Below are positions 1 to 10,276 of a DNA stretch of 64,000 bases, one piece after another (positions within the stretch are counted from its first letter, which is position 1; each line of letters opens with the position of its first letter). The notes under the pieces were generated by a model. That model was given only the letters and a program-made list of their open reading frames with translations. It made no database searches and had not been told where the DNA came from. This DNA comes from an uncultured delta proteobacterium (GTDB taxonomy: Bacteria; Myxococcota_A; Polyangia; Polyangiales; Polyangiaceae), in NCBI GenBank assembly GCA_963696385.1, contig CAVOKF010000006.1, positions 352,001 to 416,000 on the forward strand. Direction: 5' to 3'. Both the position numbers and the translations under genes were made by a program.

Positions 1-50
1 ACTCGCGACGGCGGCAGCCATCGCGGCCACTTCGGGCGCACCACGCCCCA

Positions 51-1085
51 TCAAATCCACCCCGCGACTGTGAACAAGACCAAAAGAGTCGGGCGGCCCA
101 GGCTTGCCGCCACCCTGTCGATGAACCGGACCCTAATCCCCGGTTCGGTCACGAGGGCATGCGCGTCGAGCGACAACTGGACGTTCGATGTGACCGATGC
201 GGCGACTCCGACGGCGCCGTCGAGCGCCAGAGCCAACGCACTCCCGCCGCGGCCTTGAAAGGACTGGGCGCCGGTCCCATTCACCGACACATCATAAGCT
301 CCCGCTCCGATGGCGACGAGCGGCTGGAGCCACCGGGCATGGCCGAGCACCGCCGTGCCATCCACGACAACGACACCTTGTTGGATGGTTGCCGTCCCGC
401 CCGCGCTGTGGACGGTGGGAGTCGACCCGAGCCCTGCCCCGATCAGGCGCACCTGGAACGTTCGATTGGCGGCGAGGCGCAGCCCCAAGGTCGGCACGAC
501 GGCGGCCCCAACGCCCGCGAAGCCGCCTAGGACGCCGAGTCCGCCTTCGATGGCCCATCGAGCGAAGGTGGGTCGTTCGACGGGCTCGCGGTGCGGGGGG
601 CTGGGCGCTGGGGTCGGCTCTGTCTGGGCTGCCGGCCGAAGAGATGCGATTGCGAAATCGAGGAGATTTGCGCGCATGACGTCGACCGCGCGGCGCGCCA
701 CCACTTCCGGCCGCGCATCGGACGAGCTCTGCACGTCCAAGTGCCGCACGTCGCGCCGGTCCGATCGCGTGTCCAACAGATAGATGTCGACGCTGCTTGC
801 GTCGTCGTCGACAAAAAAGCCTGCGGCGATCGGTTCACCCGCCGCACTCCCCGCTTGCCGAAGCGCGGACTCGCGGTCGGCTTCAGGCACCGGGGGCAGC
901 GGCTGGACGCGAAAGCCGTCGGCGATCAACTCGCCCCGAACCCGGTTCACGATCTCGTTCTTCGCGGCGCTGCCTTTGCCGGGCTCGCCGAGCATCACGA
1001 GGACGGAGGCGGCTTGGCCGAGCCGCGACGATGCGACGACGACGAGTGCGATGAGCGCGGCGTGCCCGAAGCGGCGAGCGCTCAC
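51..1085 (-). CDS. Secreted/outer-membrane hypothetical protein (N-terminal periplasmic domain, Pro linker, beta-barrel-like C-terminus); third gene of ECF cassette 1
   Basis: Signal-peptide-like N-terminus; Pro-rich linker; amphipathic Gly-rich beta-strands ending ..VAGWI; GTGA overlap with the upstream FecR gene; paralog of 23210..24271 (PEVVARRAVDVMRANL vs PEVVALRAVEALRASL). Confidence 0.7.
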   Translation of the reverse strand: MSARRFGHAALIALVVVASSRLGQAASVLVMLGEPGKGSAAKNEIVNRVRGELIADGFRVQPLPPVPEADRESALRQAGSAAGEPIAAGFFVDDDASSVDIYLLDTRSDRRDVRHLDVQSSSDARPEVVARRAVDVMRANLLDFAIASLRPAAQTEPTPAPSPPHREPVERPTFARWAIEGGLGVLGGFAGVGAAVVPTLGLRLAANRTFQVRLIGAGLGSTPTVHSAGGTATIQQGVVVVDGTAVLGHARWLQPLVAIGAGAYDVSVNGTGAQSFQGRGGSALALALDGAVGVAASVTSNVQLSLDAHALVTEPGIRVRFIDRVAASLGRPTLLVLFTVAGWI

Positions 1086-2359
1086 GGCACTCGGGTGAGT
1101 GCCCGCGCCTTCGCGCTGTAGGGGCCATCCGGAAAATGGCTCAAGTAGTCCGTCGCCGCAGCACGTGCCTGTGGCGCTCCGGCGACCTGTTCGATGAGCA
1201 TCATCTTCCGTCCCATCGCTTCGGAACCGTACGTGCCGCCCGGATTCTCGCGCACGTAGCGATCGTACCAGTCGATGCCGGCGGTCGGGTTCTTGAGCGT
1301 CTCTTCGAGCCGCCCGAGAAGAAAGGCTGCGTCGCGCGCCGCGGAAGAAGCTGGAAAGCGAGCCCGCTCTGCGAGCAGCGCCTGGCGGGCGATGTCATCG
1401 TGGCGGCTGTAGCGCGCGGCATCCGCGAGCGTGGCGATCTCGGAACTATTGGCCGTTGCGATGCAGTCGTCGATCCCACGGCGCTCGGCTTGTCGGACGA
1501 TGGCTTCGAACTCGCCGTTGGCCAACATCGCCGCCCAGTCCGGACTTGCCGCGCCCGTGTTCGTCGGAGGCCGAAGCGTCGCCCCGGCGCGCGCCAGGGC
1601 CGCGCCGCCCGTCACGGCTGGGGAGCTCGCGGACGGGGGGATCGGGGAAGGGGTCGGCATTTCCGCCGGCGGGTCCTGCCGGAGGCCGTCACGATCGCGG
1701 ATGAGCGTTTCTCGCTCGCGCACCCGCACGTCCAGTTGCTGGCCGGCGCGCAACGCGAGCTCCCCATCGGAAAGCGGGCCGCTGACCTCGACGGACCCGC
1801 GATCCATCCGCACCTCGAGCTCCTCCTGGGCTGCGTTCCAGCCGACGCGGAAGGCCGTTCCCGTCACCGCAATGGCGAACGGGCCCGCCTCGAACGACCA
1901 GCGCGCCCCCGGACGATGCGCGATGTCGACGTACACGTTGCCACCGGTCAAGGTCACCCGGGCTCCCAGCGCGTCCACCTGCCGCAAGGAAGCATGCGTT
2001 CCGGGCGACAGAGATACGTCGCTGCCGTCCGAAAAATGCAATGTCGCTGCGGCTCCGGGGTCGACCTCGATGAATCCGCCGCGCGCGATGTGCCCCCCTT
2101 CGACGGTGCAAGACAACGGGCGCGCCGGGCGATGGCGGAATTCGCGGACGCCTACGCCGGCGACGAGCGCGACCACGCCGACCGCGGCCGCGAGGGGCCA
2201 GGCGAACGGCAAGGGCCGCCTGCGCCTCAGCCGGTCCAGGATCAGGTCGGCTCCTTCGATGCGCTGGCGCGCGGACATCCGACCGCGCCGATCCTGGACG
2301 AGACCCGCGAAGGCCGCGACCGGATCGGCCGGCGCATCCGGCTGTTGCCGACGAATCAT
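1082..2359 (-). CDS. FecR-domain anti-sigma/sensor with C-terminal TPR
   Basis: TM segment, FecR-like motifs (FSDGS..L..G, AGPF..VTGTAFRV, GSVEVSGP), TPR-like end (YLSHFPDGPY); ATG at 2359 overlaps the sigma stop codon (ATGA). Confidence 0.85.
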   Translation of the reverse strand: MIRRQQPDAPADPVAAFAGLVQDRRGRMSARQRIEGADLILDRLRRRRPLPFAWPLAAAVGVVALVAGVGVREFRHRPARPLSCTVEGGHIARGGFIEVDPGAAATLHFSDGSDVSLSPGTHASLRQVDALGARVTLTGGNVYVDIAHRPGARWSFEAGPFAIAVTGTAFRVGWNAAQEELEVRMDRGSVEVSGPLSDGELALRAGQQLDVRVRERETLIRDRDGLRQDPPAEMPTPSPIPPSASSPAVTGGAALARAGATLRPPTNTGAASPDWAAMLANGEFEAIVRQAERRGIDDCIATANSSEIATLADAARYSRHDDIARQALLAERARFPASSAARDAAFLLGRLEETLKNPTAGIDWYDRYVRENPGGTYGSEAMGRKMMLIEQVAGAPQARAAATDYLSHFPDGPYSAKARALTRVP

Positions 2360-3009
2360 CGAGCCCCCCTCGACCGCACGATGTATTCGGCGAAATCGGG
2401 GTCTTGCTTGGCGAACCCTTCCACTTGTTCGGAGGCTCTGCGGATCCGTCGTTTGACGGTCGCCAGGGAGGCCCCCGTGGCCTGCGCTACGGCATCGAGG
2501 CTGAGCCCTTCGATCTGGCGCAACACGAACGCCGTCCTGTCGTCCGCACTGAGCGTGTCGAGCATCGAGTAGAAGCGGCGCAGAAGATCGCGTCCCTCGC
2601 CATCCGAAGCTTCGGAGACGCATTCGGGGACATCGCCCGAATCGGAGAGCGAGAAGAGGCGGCGGACGCGCTTGGTGCGCAAGTGTCCTCGCAACATCCG
2701 GATCGCCGTCGAATAAATGAAACTCCGCAGCGCACCCGGGTCACGCAGTCGCCCGATGGCGGCGAATATTCTCCAGAACACTTCCTGAGTGAGGTCCTCG
2801 CTCTCCACCGAGGATCCGAGTGCGCGGTCCAGCACGCCGTAGACGAAGGGCGCGTAGCGGTTCCACATGGCCCTCGCGGCCCATTCTTCGCGGCCGATCA
2901 GTCCCCGCACCAGTTCGGCGTCGTCGGCTTCGGCGGGATCGCGTCTCGCGAGGAGCCGCAACGGAGGGCGGTTCGACCGGCTCTCCCAAGGCCGCAGCGA
3001 ATTGCTCAC
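2356..3009 (-). CDS. ECF RNA polymerase sigma-70 factor
   Basis: Region 2 (EDLTQEVF) and region 4 (RTAFVLRQIEGLSL..VA....SLATVKRR); GTG start at 3009 preferred, 3021 possible. Confidence 0.9.
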   Translation of the reverse strand: MSNSLRPWESRSNRPPLRLLARRDPAEADDAELVRGLIGREEWAARAMWNRYAPFVYGVLDRALGSSVESEDLTQEVFWRIFAAIGRLRDPGALRSFIYSTAIRMLRGHLRTKRVRRLFSLSDSGDVPECVSEASDGEGRDLLRRFYSMLDTLSADDRTAFVLRQIEGLSLDAVAQATGASLATVKRRIRRASEQVEGFAKQDPDFAEYIVRSRGAR

Positions 3010-3127
3010 GCGCACCCCCAACGGCGACGACGGACTCGCCCGAGCGCTTGCGCAAATCCAAACATCGACCCCTATGCAAAACCTTGCCCAACTCCCTCGG
3101 GTCTGTCAACGCGTTTCAAGCCTTGTC

Positions 3128-3183
3128 CTCGGTCTCGGCTCTCGGTCTCGGCTCTCGGTCTCGGCTCTCGGTCTCGGCTCTCG
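3128..3183. repeat. Tandem repeat (CTCGGTCTCGGCT)x4 plus partial unit
   Basis: Four exact 13-bp units read directly, in a divergent intergenic region. Confidence 0.95.
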
Positions 3184-3249
3184 ATGGACGTCGACCGCAG
3201 GGGCGCGAGTGCCCTCGCACCGACGCCGAACGTGCGCGTCTCTCCGCGC

Positions 3250-3948
3250 ATGGATCGTGCTTGTAGGTTCGCCGTGACGGTGCGTGGGTCGGTTGGTTGG
3301 GTGGTCGTGATCCTCGCCGCGTGCCCAGCCGCTTGTGGGGGCGGGCACTCCGCTCCCAAGGCTGGCTCTGCCGCGGAGGCTGGCGATAGCTCGGGGGCCG
3401 AAGATGCGGGCACCGAAGGGGGGGTGCAAGCCCCCGTCAACCACCGGCCCGCCGGCCCATCGTGCCCGATGCTGCGTGGGGCAAGCTGTCCCCAGGCGCC
3501 GCTCTGCCAACTCGCCGGCGGATGCGATGCGGATTCGGAATGCGATGCGGGGACGAATGGCCGCTGTACCGGCACGTTGCCTGCCCCCCTGTCGTGCACC
3601 TACGACCAGTGCTTCAACGATTCGGACTGTCCGCCCGCGACGCCGTGCGATTGTCGTTCCTCGTCGTCCGATACCGCCGCAAATATCTGCTTGGCCGGAA
3701 GCCACTGCGCCATCGACTCGGACTGTGGTCCGGGCGGCTTCTGCTCGCCGTCGCCTTCGGCCGACGATTGCAATCCCCTCTACTACTGCCACACAGCGGC
3801 GGACACGTGCGTGAACGATGGAGACTGCCCGGTGGCGGCTCGATGCGACTCCAGCGACGCCTCCGACTGTGGTCAACCCGAAACATGCAACTACGACGTC
3901 CAGACGCGGCATTGGGCCTGTGCGGTCCAGTGTTTGCGGGCTCTATGA
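3250..3948 (+). CDS. Cys-rich lipoprotein
   Basis: Lipobox-like LAAC/PAAC; acidic DAG linker; repeated C-x2-D-x-D/E-C modules; start chosen within the longer 2404 ORF. Confidence 0.75.
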   Translation: MDRACRFAVTVRGSVGWVVVILAACPAACGGGHSAPKAGSAAEAGDSSGAEDAGTEGGVQAPVNHRPAGPSCPMLRGASCPQAPLCQLAGGCDADSECDAGTNGRCTGTLPAPLSCTYDQCFNDSDCPPATPCDCRSSSSDTAANICLAGSHCAIDSDCGPGGFCSPSPSADDCNPLYYCHTAADTCVNDGDCPVAARCDSSDASDCGQPETCNYDVQTRHWACAVQCLRAL

Positions 3949-4094
3949 CGGCCGCTGTTGCAATTTTGCCGTCGGCCTGGACGTAATGCTCGCCGCGTCA
4001 AAAAAGGGCGTCGCGGATGGACCGTGTGTTGCGCTGGATTGGCCCGCGACGCGCGACTTCGTGATCGAACTGCCGACTTGGCGCATTTACGGAC

Positions 4095-4730
4095 GTGCTC
4101 TCGCTGATTCAGGAGACCCCACGGTCCACAAGCTGCGAGACGGACCCCGTGCGCGACGAACTCGCGGGACTCGCCGCCGCGGTGGGTCGTCGCGACGCGC
4201 GCGCCGTCCGCGCCTTTCTCGTCACGATCGCCGGAACCGTTCGCGGTGCCGTCCGGACGGTGCTCGGTCCACGGCACAGCGACATCGACGACGTGACGCA
4301 GGAAGCGACTCTCGGTTTGCTCGATGCCCTCGCCCGTTTCCGCGGCGAGTGCACCGTCGCGCAGTTCGCCGGTCGTGTCGCGGTCTTTACGGCAAGGGCG
4401 GCGCGGCGGCGTCAGCAGACCCAGGAGCGGTGGGTCGTCGCCGACGATGCCGTGGGCGAGGCCACGGCCTCCGACCCGGACTCGTCGCCCCTCGTTCAAG
4501 TGGAGGCATCGCGCCGGCGCGAAGAGGTGCGGAGGCTTCTCGACCACCTTTCTCCGGCCCTTGGCGAAGCCATGGTGCTCTATTTCGTATTGGGACACAC
4601 GGCCGAAGAGATTGCGGCCATGACGCACGTTCCCATCAATACCGTCTGGAGTCGGCTGCGACTCGGCAAGGCTCGCCTTCGCCGCAAGCTTGCGGGCGAC
4701 GCCTCGGCCCGCGAGATGCAGGACGGCTGA
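4095..4730 (+). CDS. ECF sigma factor (no adjacent anti-sigma)
   Basis: DIDDVTQEA region 2; LGHTAEEIA....INTVWSRLR region 4. Confidence 0.88.
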   Translation: MLSLIQETPRSTSCETDPVRDELAGLAAAVGRRDARAVRAFLVTIAGTVRGAVRTVLGPRHSDIDDVTQEATLGLLDALARFRGECTVAQFAGRVAVFTARAARRRQQTQERWVVADDAVGEATASDPDSSPLVQVEASRRREEVRRLLDHLSPALGEAMVLYFVLGHTAEEIAAMTHVPINTVWSRLRLGKARLRRKLAGDASAREMQDG

Positions 4731-4766
4731 AGGGCCTCAGGGCGAAGGGTCGCGGGTCGGCTGAAT

Positions 4767-5729
4767 CTAGGTCCGCGATCGCTCGACGACGCGGTTGCGG
4801 CCGCCGCGTTTGGCTTCATAGAGCGCCGCATCGGAGGCCGCGATCAGCTGGGCGGGCGTTTCGGCATCGAGATCGGGAAAGCCGGCCACGCCGAAGCTTG
4901 CCGTGACGACCACGTCGTGAGGGTCGTGCGCCGTGCGCATCGCGGCCACGGCCTGCCGCAGTCGCTCGGCGAGCCGGACCGCGTCGGGGACGGCGATCCC
5001 ACGGCAGATGATGGCAAACTCCTCTCCGCCATACCGCGCGAAAATGTCCTCCTTGCGCAGCATGTCGAGAGCCACTCGCGCCAAGTTGACGAGAACGGCG
5101 TCGCCGGCGGGATGACCAAACGTGTCGTTGACTCTCTTGAAATGGTCGATGTCCAACAGGATGGCCGACAGCGGGGCGCCGTGGCGCCGTGCGTACGCGA
5201 GCTCCTTGTCGAGCCGCTCCATGAGGTAATTCTTGTTGTAGGCCTTCGTCAGCCCGTCGCGCAGCGAAGCGTCGAACATCCGCCGCTGGAACGATTCGTC
5301 GAGATCATCGCTGTAGGTGAACTTCAGGATGGTGATCGATCCGAGCGTGATCTTGTCGCCGTCGACCAGGAGCCGTAGCGACGCGACCCGGTTGCCGTTA
5401 ACGAACGTCCCGTTGGCGCTGCCGAGATCTTCGATGTGCGCCTCGCCTCCGGCGTAGACAATCCGGGCATGCCGACGCGAAAGGCCGTCGTCGTCGAACC
5501 GGACGGTTGCATCGCGCCCTCGGCCGATGACCACCTCGCGCTGTCGGACCGCGAACATCTCACCCACGCTGCCGCCGCCGATCACGACCAAAAACGGACG
5601 ATCGCGTCGCATCGAGGCCAACGCCGGATCGGGCGCCGCTCGGACCTGGGTTCGCTCGGAGTCGTAGCCCTCGCTGACCTTCAGATCGGGCAACTTCACC
5701 TGGCGCTTGTCGGAAGGCTTATCCGGCAT
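4767..5729 (-). CDS. FHA-GGDEF diguanylate cyclase
   Basis: FHA motifs (IGR, SRRHA, DLGSANGTFVNG); DIDHFKRVNDTFGH; RKED I-site; GGEEF. Confidence 0.95.
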   Translation of the reverse strand: MPDKPSDKRQVKLPDLKVSEGYDSERTQVRAAPDPALASMRRDRPFLVVIGGGSVGEMFAVRQREVVIGRGRDATVRFDDDGLSRRHARIVYAGGEAHIEDLGSANGTFVNGNRVASLRLLVDGDKITLGSITILKFTYSDDLDESFQRRMFDASLRDGLTKAYNKNYLMERLDKELAYARRHGAPLSAILLDIDHFKRVNDTFGHPAGDAVLVNLARVALDMLRKEDIFARYGGEEFAIICRGIAVPDAVRLAERLRQAVAAMRTAHDPHDVVVTASFGVAGFPDLDAETPAQLIAASDAALYEAKRGGRNRVVERSRT

Positions 5730-6218
5730 GAGTCCGTCCCCCCTCGCTCGTAGCGATCCGGTTGCCCCGGCGCCGCGATCGGCTGCGGCTCGAAACGGTC
5801 GAAATCGGCATCCACCGCATCCCCAGAGTGTGCGTCACCCGAGACCCGCGTGGAAGAGGGCACGCGCCGACGGGCCGGCCGGCAGAGCGGCGAAAGCCGC
5901 TGCGTGGATCCCCGTCGCTCCGTGCCGAAGAAATTGCCATCGGGCGCCCCCGATAACGATAGCTCGCGTTTGCGCGCGGCGGAGGGGGTGAAACGAGCCT
6001 TTTTTGGGCGGCGATCCGTGGCTGACAATGAAGGGCAGGCAGACGAAAGCTCGCACCATGCGGAAACGTCGCTATGATGGTCAGGCCAATTGCCGGCAGC
6101 CGCGCAAGCGAGGCTGCCCCGATCGGCCGTCGACGCGCTCATGCGCGCGAGCAGCGAGTCGAGAGGGATCGTTCGGAGTGCATCTGCGGAATTCGGTTTG
6201 ACGCGACGAGGGTGTTTG

Positions 6219-7001
6219 ATGCGGCGAGTCGGTTGGTCGGCCATCGTGGTGTTCTCGAGCCTCGGCCTCGCCGGGTGTCTTCAGATCTTGGGCGACTTTT
6301 CGATTGAGTCTGGACTGGACGACGACGCATCGATGAATGACGCGACCGTCGACACCGGCACCTCTTCCGAGTCCGGCGTCGATGCCGGCGGGACCCACGA
6401 CGCGACGGTCGAAGCCGGCGCCGGGGGCGGGGATGGTGCCGCGGACGCGGAGACGGGGGCGGACGCCGAGGTGGACGGGGACGCGCAAACGGTTGCGGAG
6501 GGCCAAGCGGATGCCGTCGGAGAGGCCGACGCGGAGGCCGAAGCCGACGCAGGCCTGGACGCCGAGGCCGACGTGGCCGTCTGCGACTCCGCCACCCATC
6601 TTGCCAACGCGTGCGGCGGATGCTCGACGTTGGCGCATGACGCGGGCAGCGCGTGCACCCTCACGGACGGAGGATGCCCCGGCACCTACGTTTGCGTGGC
6701 CGGCGACGCCGATGCCGTCCTGTGCAACGCGCCCAAGACGAACGCGTGCGGCGGGTGCACGACGTTGGCGGAGGAGGCGGGATCTCGGTGCGAGACCGCA
6801 TGCGATTCGGGGACCTGGGTTTGCCAAGACAAGACCGCCCTGATCTGCAGCGCGCACCCCGATCCCTGCGGTGGCTGCGCGGTACCGAGCGGGGGGTCCA
6901 CCGCGTGCGTTACGGATTTGGCGTGCTTGATTCCCCAGGGGTCGTGCAATTCGACTGGCACATGTTCGTACACCCAATTAGCGAATTGCGATGGGGGGTG
7001 A
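6219..7001 (+). CDS. Cys-rich acidic lipoprotein
   Basis: LAGC lipobox; long D/E/A/G linker; two NACGGC(S/T)TLA repeats plus a PCGGC variant. Confidence 0.75.
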   Translation: MRRVGWSAIVVFSSLGLAGCLQILGDFSIESGLDDDASMNDATVDTGTSSESGVDAGGTHDATVEAGAGGGDGAADAETGADAEVDGDAQTVAEGQADAVGEADAEAEADAGLDAEADVAVCDSATHLANACGGCSTLAHDAGSACTLTDGGCPGTYVCVAGDADAVLCNAPKTNACGGCTTLAEEAGSRCETACDSGTWVCQDKTALICSAHPDPCGGCAVPSGGSTACVTDLACLIPQGSCNSTGTCSYTQLANCDGG

Positions 7002-7016
7002 ACGCCGAACGCAGGC

Positions 7017-7037
7017 GTACCCAGCGCGGCTGGGTAC
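7017..7037. other. Inverted repeat GTACCCAGC-GCG-GCTGGGTAC upstream of the hydrogenase operon
   Basis: Perfect 9-bp stem read directly; function unknown (terminator or operator). Confidence 0.5.
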
Positions 7038-7075
7038 CGCTTCGCGGGGCGCTGTAGTAAGGGTCTTTCAAGCGC

Positions 7076-8212
7076 ATGTCCACGCTCCGAAAGGACCTCG
7101 GATCGAAGTGGATCCTGGCGCGCGCCGAGCTCGCTTCGCTCATCGCGGCGCTTTGGTCGGACGGCTACGAGGTCATCGGTCCGGTCGTGCAGGCCGGTGC
7201 CATCGTGCACGGTCCGGTGCGAACGGTCGACGACTTGCCCGTCGGTGTCACCGACGTCCAGTCGCCGGGAAGCTACCGCTTGACGCCGCGCGCCGACGCG
7301 GCCGTCTTCGGCTTTGCCGTCGGGCCGCACTCCCCCAAGGGCGGCTTCTTTCCTTCCGGGGTCTCGCTCGTGAAGCTTCGCCGGCGTGCCGATGACGTCG
7401 AGGTGATCGCGGGCGGCCCCGCGCCTCGCAAGCTTGCGCTCATCGGCACGCGCGCCTGCGAGATCGCGGCGGTCGGTGTGCAAGATCGTGTGCTTTTGCA
7501 AGGGCCGTATGCCGATGCGGACTACGACGCCAGGCGCCGCAATGCCTTCGTCGTGGCGCTGCAGTGCTCGACGGCGGGCGGCACGTGCTTCTGCGTGTCG
7601 ATGGGGACCGGTCCCAAGGCGACGCGGGGGTTCGACCTGGCGCTCACCGAAATTCTCGAACCATCGCATCGCTTCGTCGTCGAGATCGGATCGGAGGCGG
7701 GCGCGACGTTGGCGGACCGCCTTGCCCTCGATCCCGCATCGGAGGCCGACGTCGATCACGCCGACCGGGTGGTCGCGCGCACGGCCGCGCAGATGGGCCG
7801 AACGCTCGACACCCGCGGCATCAAGGAGCTCCTTTACGAGAACCGGGAGCATCCCCGGTGGGACGACGTCGCGTCGCGCTGCCTCGGCTGCGCCAACTGC
7901 ACGCTCGTGTGCCCCACGTGCTTCTGCACGACCATCGAGGACAAGACCGACGTGACGGGCGAGGAGGCCGAACGCATCCGGCACCTCGATTCGTGCTTCA
8001 GCGTTGCGTTTTCGCACGTGCACGGCGGCTCCGTGCGCGCGTCGCTTCGTGCCCGCTACAGACAGTGGCTCACCCACAAGCTGGCGAGTTGGATCGACCA
8101 GTTCGGGACCTCCGGCTGCGTGGGATGTGGCCGCTGCATCACCTGGTGTCCGGTGGGCATCGACATCACCGAGGAAGTCGCGGCCATTCGGGGTCCGGCT
8201 CCGCAGGGGTAG
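7076..8212 (+). CDS. hyhB: Group 3b [NiFe]-hydrogenase beta subunit (4Fe-4S dicluster)
   Basis: [16 protein letters not shown] and [16 protein letters not shown] motifs; [10 protein letters not shown]. Confidence 0.9.
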   Translation: MSTLRKDLGSKWILARAELASLIAALWSDGYEVIGPVVQAGAIVHGPVRTVDDLPVGVTDVQSPGSYRLTPRADAAVFGFAVGPHSPKGGFFPSGVSLVKLRRRADDVEVIAGGPAPRKLALIGTRACEIAAVGVQDRVLLQGPYADADYDARRRNAFVVALQCSTAGGTCFCVSMGTGPKATRGFDLALTEILEPSHRFVVEIGSEAGATLADRLALDPASEADVDHADRVVARTAAQMGRTLDTRGIKELLYENREHPRWDDVASRCLGCANCTLVCPTCFCTTIEDKTDVTGEEAERIRHLDSCFSVAFSHVHGGSVRASLRARYRQWLTHKLASWIDQFGTSGCVGCGRCITWCPVGIDITEEVAAIRGPAPQG

Positions 8213-8214
8213 GC

Positions 8215-8667
8215 GTGGAGTCGCTCGAACGAGTCCTGCGAGAGCATCCGTTCATGCGCGATCTGAGCGATGAGCACGTGCACATCCTGGTCGGCTGCGC
8301 ACAGAACGTTCGATTTGCGCCGGGCGAATTCATGGTGCACGAAGGAGACGAAGAATCGACCTTCTATCTGGTCCGCGAGGGTTCCATTTCGCTCGAGAGC
8401 CACATCCCGGGTCGTCGTCCCGCAACGGTCGAAACGCTCGGTCCGGGCGATGTCCTCGGCGTGTCGTGGATGTTCGCGCGAGCGCGCGCGCACGTCGACG
8501 CGCGCGCTCGAGAGAGTGTCCTCGCCTTCGCGCTCGACGGGTCGTGCCTTCGCGCGAGGATCGCCACCGACGATGCGCTCGGCCATGCGCTCGCGCGCCG
8601 ATTGCTCGAGCTCACCTATCGCCGGCTCGAACGCCTGCGATTGCAGAACCTCGACGTGTACCGGTGA
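8215..8667 (+). CDS. Stand-alone cyclic nucleotide-binding domain protein
   Basis: F.PGE....[20 protein letters not shown] cNMP-fold motifs; no HTH; GTG start 2 nt after the hyhB stop. Confidence 0.85.
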   Translation: MESLERVLREHPFMRDLSDEHVHILVGCAQNVRFAPGEFMVHEGDEESTFYLVREGSISLESHIPGRRPATVETLGPGDVLGVSWMFARARAHVDARARESVLAFALDGSCLRARIATDDALGHALARRLLELTYRRLERLRLQNLDVYR

Positions 8668-8671
8668 GCGC

Positions 8672-9502
8672 GTGGCCGCTGCCGCCCCGATGATTCCCAC
8701 GATGATGGTCGTGTCGCGCGTCATCCGCGAGCTGCCCGACACCGTCAGTCTCCAACTCGACGCCTCGCCAGAGGGCGGGTTCTCGTTCGCGCCGGGTCAA
8801 TTCAACATGCTTTACGCCTTCGGCGTCGGCGAAGTCCCCATCTCGATCAGCGGCGATCCCGCGGATGCGACGAGGCTTCTGCACACGATCCGGGCGGTCG
8901 GCGCGGTGACGGGCCCACTGTGCGGCCTCCGCAAGGGAGCGAGCGTCGGCGTGCGGGGCCCGTTCGGCAGTGTCTGGCCGCTCGAGCAAGCGCGCGGCAA
9001 AGACGTCCTCTTCGTCGCGGGCGGTCTCGGACTCGCCCCTCTTCGACCTGCAATCACCCATGTGTTGACCCACCGCGCGGATTTCGGGCGCATCACGGTC
9101 CTTTATGGCGCTCGCACGCCGAGCGATATTCTGTTTCGTCGGGACCTCGAGTCCTGGCGTGGCCGGCTCGATTGCGACGTCGGGGTGACCGTCGACCACG
9201 CCGGCACCGAGTGGTACGGGCACGTCGGGGTGGTCCCGGCGCTCGTGGCCGGGGCGAAGTTCGACCCGGACCATGCCGTCGCGATGGTCTGCGGTCCCGA
9301 GGTCATGATGCGTTTTGCCGCGCGCGATCTGCAAAACGGCGGCTTGCCCAGCAAAGCCATCTGGATGTCGCTCGAGCGAAGCATGAAATGCGGGGTCGGG
9401 CTCTGCGGACATTGCCAGTTCGCTTCGGAGTTCGTGTGCAAGGATGGTCCGGTGATGCGTCTCGATCGGATCGCGCATTACCTCACCGTGCGGGAGGTTT
9501 GA
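8672..9502 (+). CDS. hyhG: Hydrogenase gamma subunit (FAD/NAD(P)-binding, 2Fe-2S)
   Basis: [48 protein letters not shown]....VCKDGPV; start 8672 or 8690. Confidence 0.9.
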   Translation: MAAAAPMIPTMMVVSRVIRELPDTVSLQLDASPEGGFSFAPGQFNMLYAFGVGEVPISISGDPADATRLLHTIRAVGAVTGPLCGLRKGASVGVRGPFGSVWPLEQARGKDVLFVAGGLGLAPLRPAITHVLTHRADFGRITVLYGARTPSDILFRRDLESWRGRLDCDVGVTVDHAGTEWYGHVGVVPALVAGAKFDPDHAVAMVCGPEVMMRFAARDLQNGGLPSKAIWMSLERSMKCGVGLCGHCQFASEFVCKDGPVMRLDRIAHYLTVREV

Positions 9503-10276
9503 TGGCGCGCAAACTCAAGCTTGCCGTTTGGAAATTTGCCTCGTGCGACGGCTGTCAACTCAGTCTGCTCGACTGCGAAGACGAACTGCTTGCGGTGGCC
9601 GAGCGCCTCGACATCGCCCTATTTCGCGAGGCGACGAGCGCCGTCCGCAAAGGACCCTACGACCTGTCGCTCGTCGAGGGATTCGATCACTACGCCCGAC
9701 GATGCGCAACGAATCCAGCATGTCCGTCGGATCTCGAAGAAGGTCGTCACCATCGGAGCGTGCGCCACGGCCGGAGGGATCCAGGCGCTTCGAAATTTCG
9801 GCAAGTACCCCGAGATGCTGCGGGTCGTGTACGCCAGGCCCGAATTCATCGACGCGCTCGCGACCTCGACGGCGATCGCGGATCACGTCGCGGTCGACTT
9901 CGAGCTACGCGGCTGTCCCGTCAACAAGCAGCAGTTGCTCGATGTCCTCAAGGCTTTCATGCACGGCCGCACGCCGAGCCTGTCGGCCGATCCGGTCTGC
10001 ATCGAGTGCAAGCGACGCGGCAACGTCTGCGTGATGGTGGCTCACGGTACGCCTTGTCTCGGCCCCGTTACCCATGCGGGTTGCGGTGCACTCTGCCCGA
10101 CCTACGAGCGGGGGTGCTACGGCTGCTACGGCCCGAGCGACGCTCCGGAGACGGCACAGCTCGCGCGACGCTTTCTCGCCCAGGGTGTTCCGGCCCGCGA
10201 CGTTCGGCGCCTGTTTCTCACGTTCAATCCGGTCGCCGGCGCCTTTCGCACCGAAGGGATGGCGCATGAAGACTAG
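9502..10276 (+). pseudogene. hyhS: Hydrogenase small (delta) subunit with a +1 frameshift near 9682
   Basis: KFASCDGCQ in one frame; [13 protein letters not shown] and CLGPVT..GC..CP in the next; removing one T in GGA-T-TCG restores VEGSITT; may be a sequencing error. Confidence 0.85.

Noticed and set aside
2404..3249. N-terminal extensions of ORF-track calls (e.g. 2404, 7564, 8270, 22835, 24476, 58443, 60870)
   Set aside because: They overlap neighbouring real genes; internal starts with RBS, stop-start overlap or signal peptide fit better
7030..7046. Possible sigma54 box CTGGGTACCGCTTCGCG upstream of the hydrogenase operon
   Set aside because: Only GG-N10-GC matches well, which is frequent at this GC content, and no convincing tandem enhancer lies upstream; linkage to the sigma54 regulon is unproven
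9670..9690. Programmed ribosomal frameshifting in hyhS or hypF
   Set aside because: No slippery heptamer or evident stimulatory structure; simple base duplications explain both
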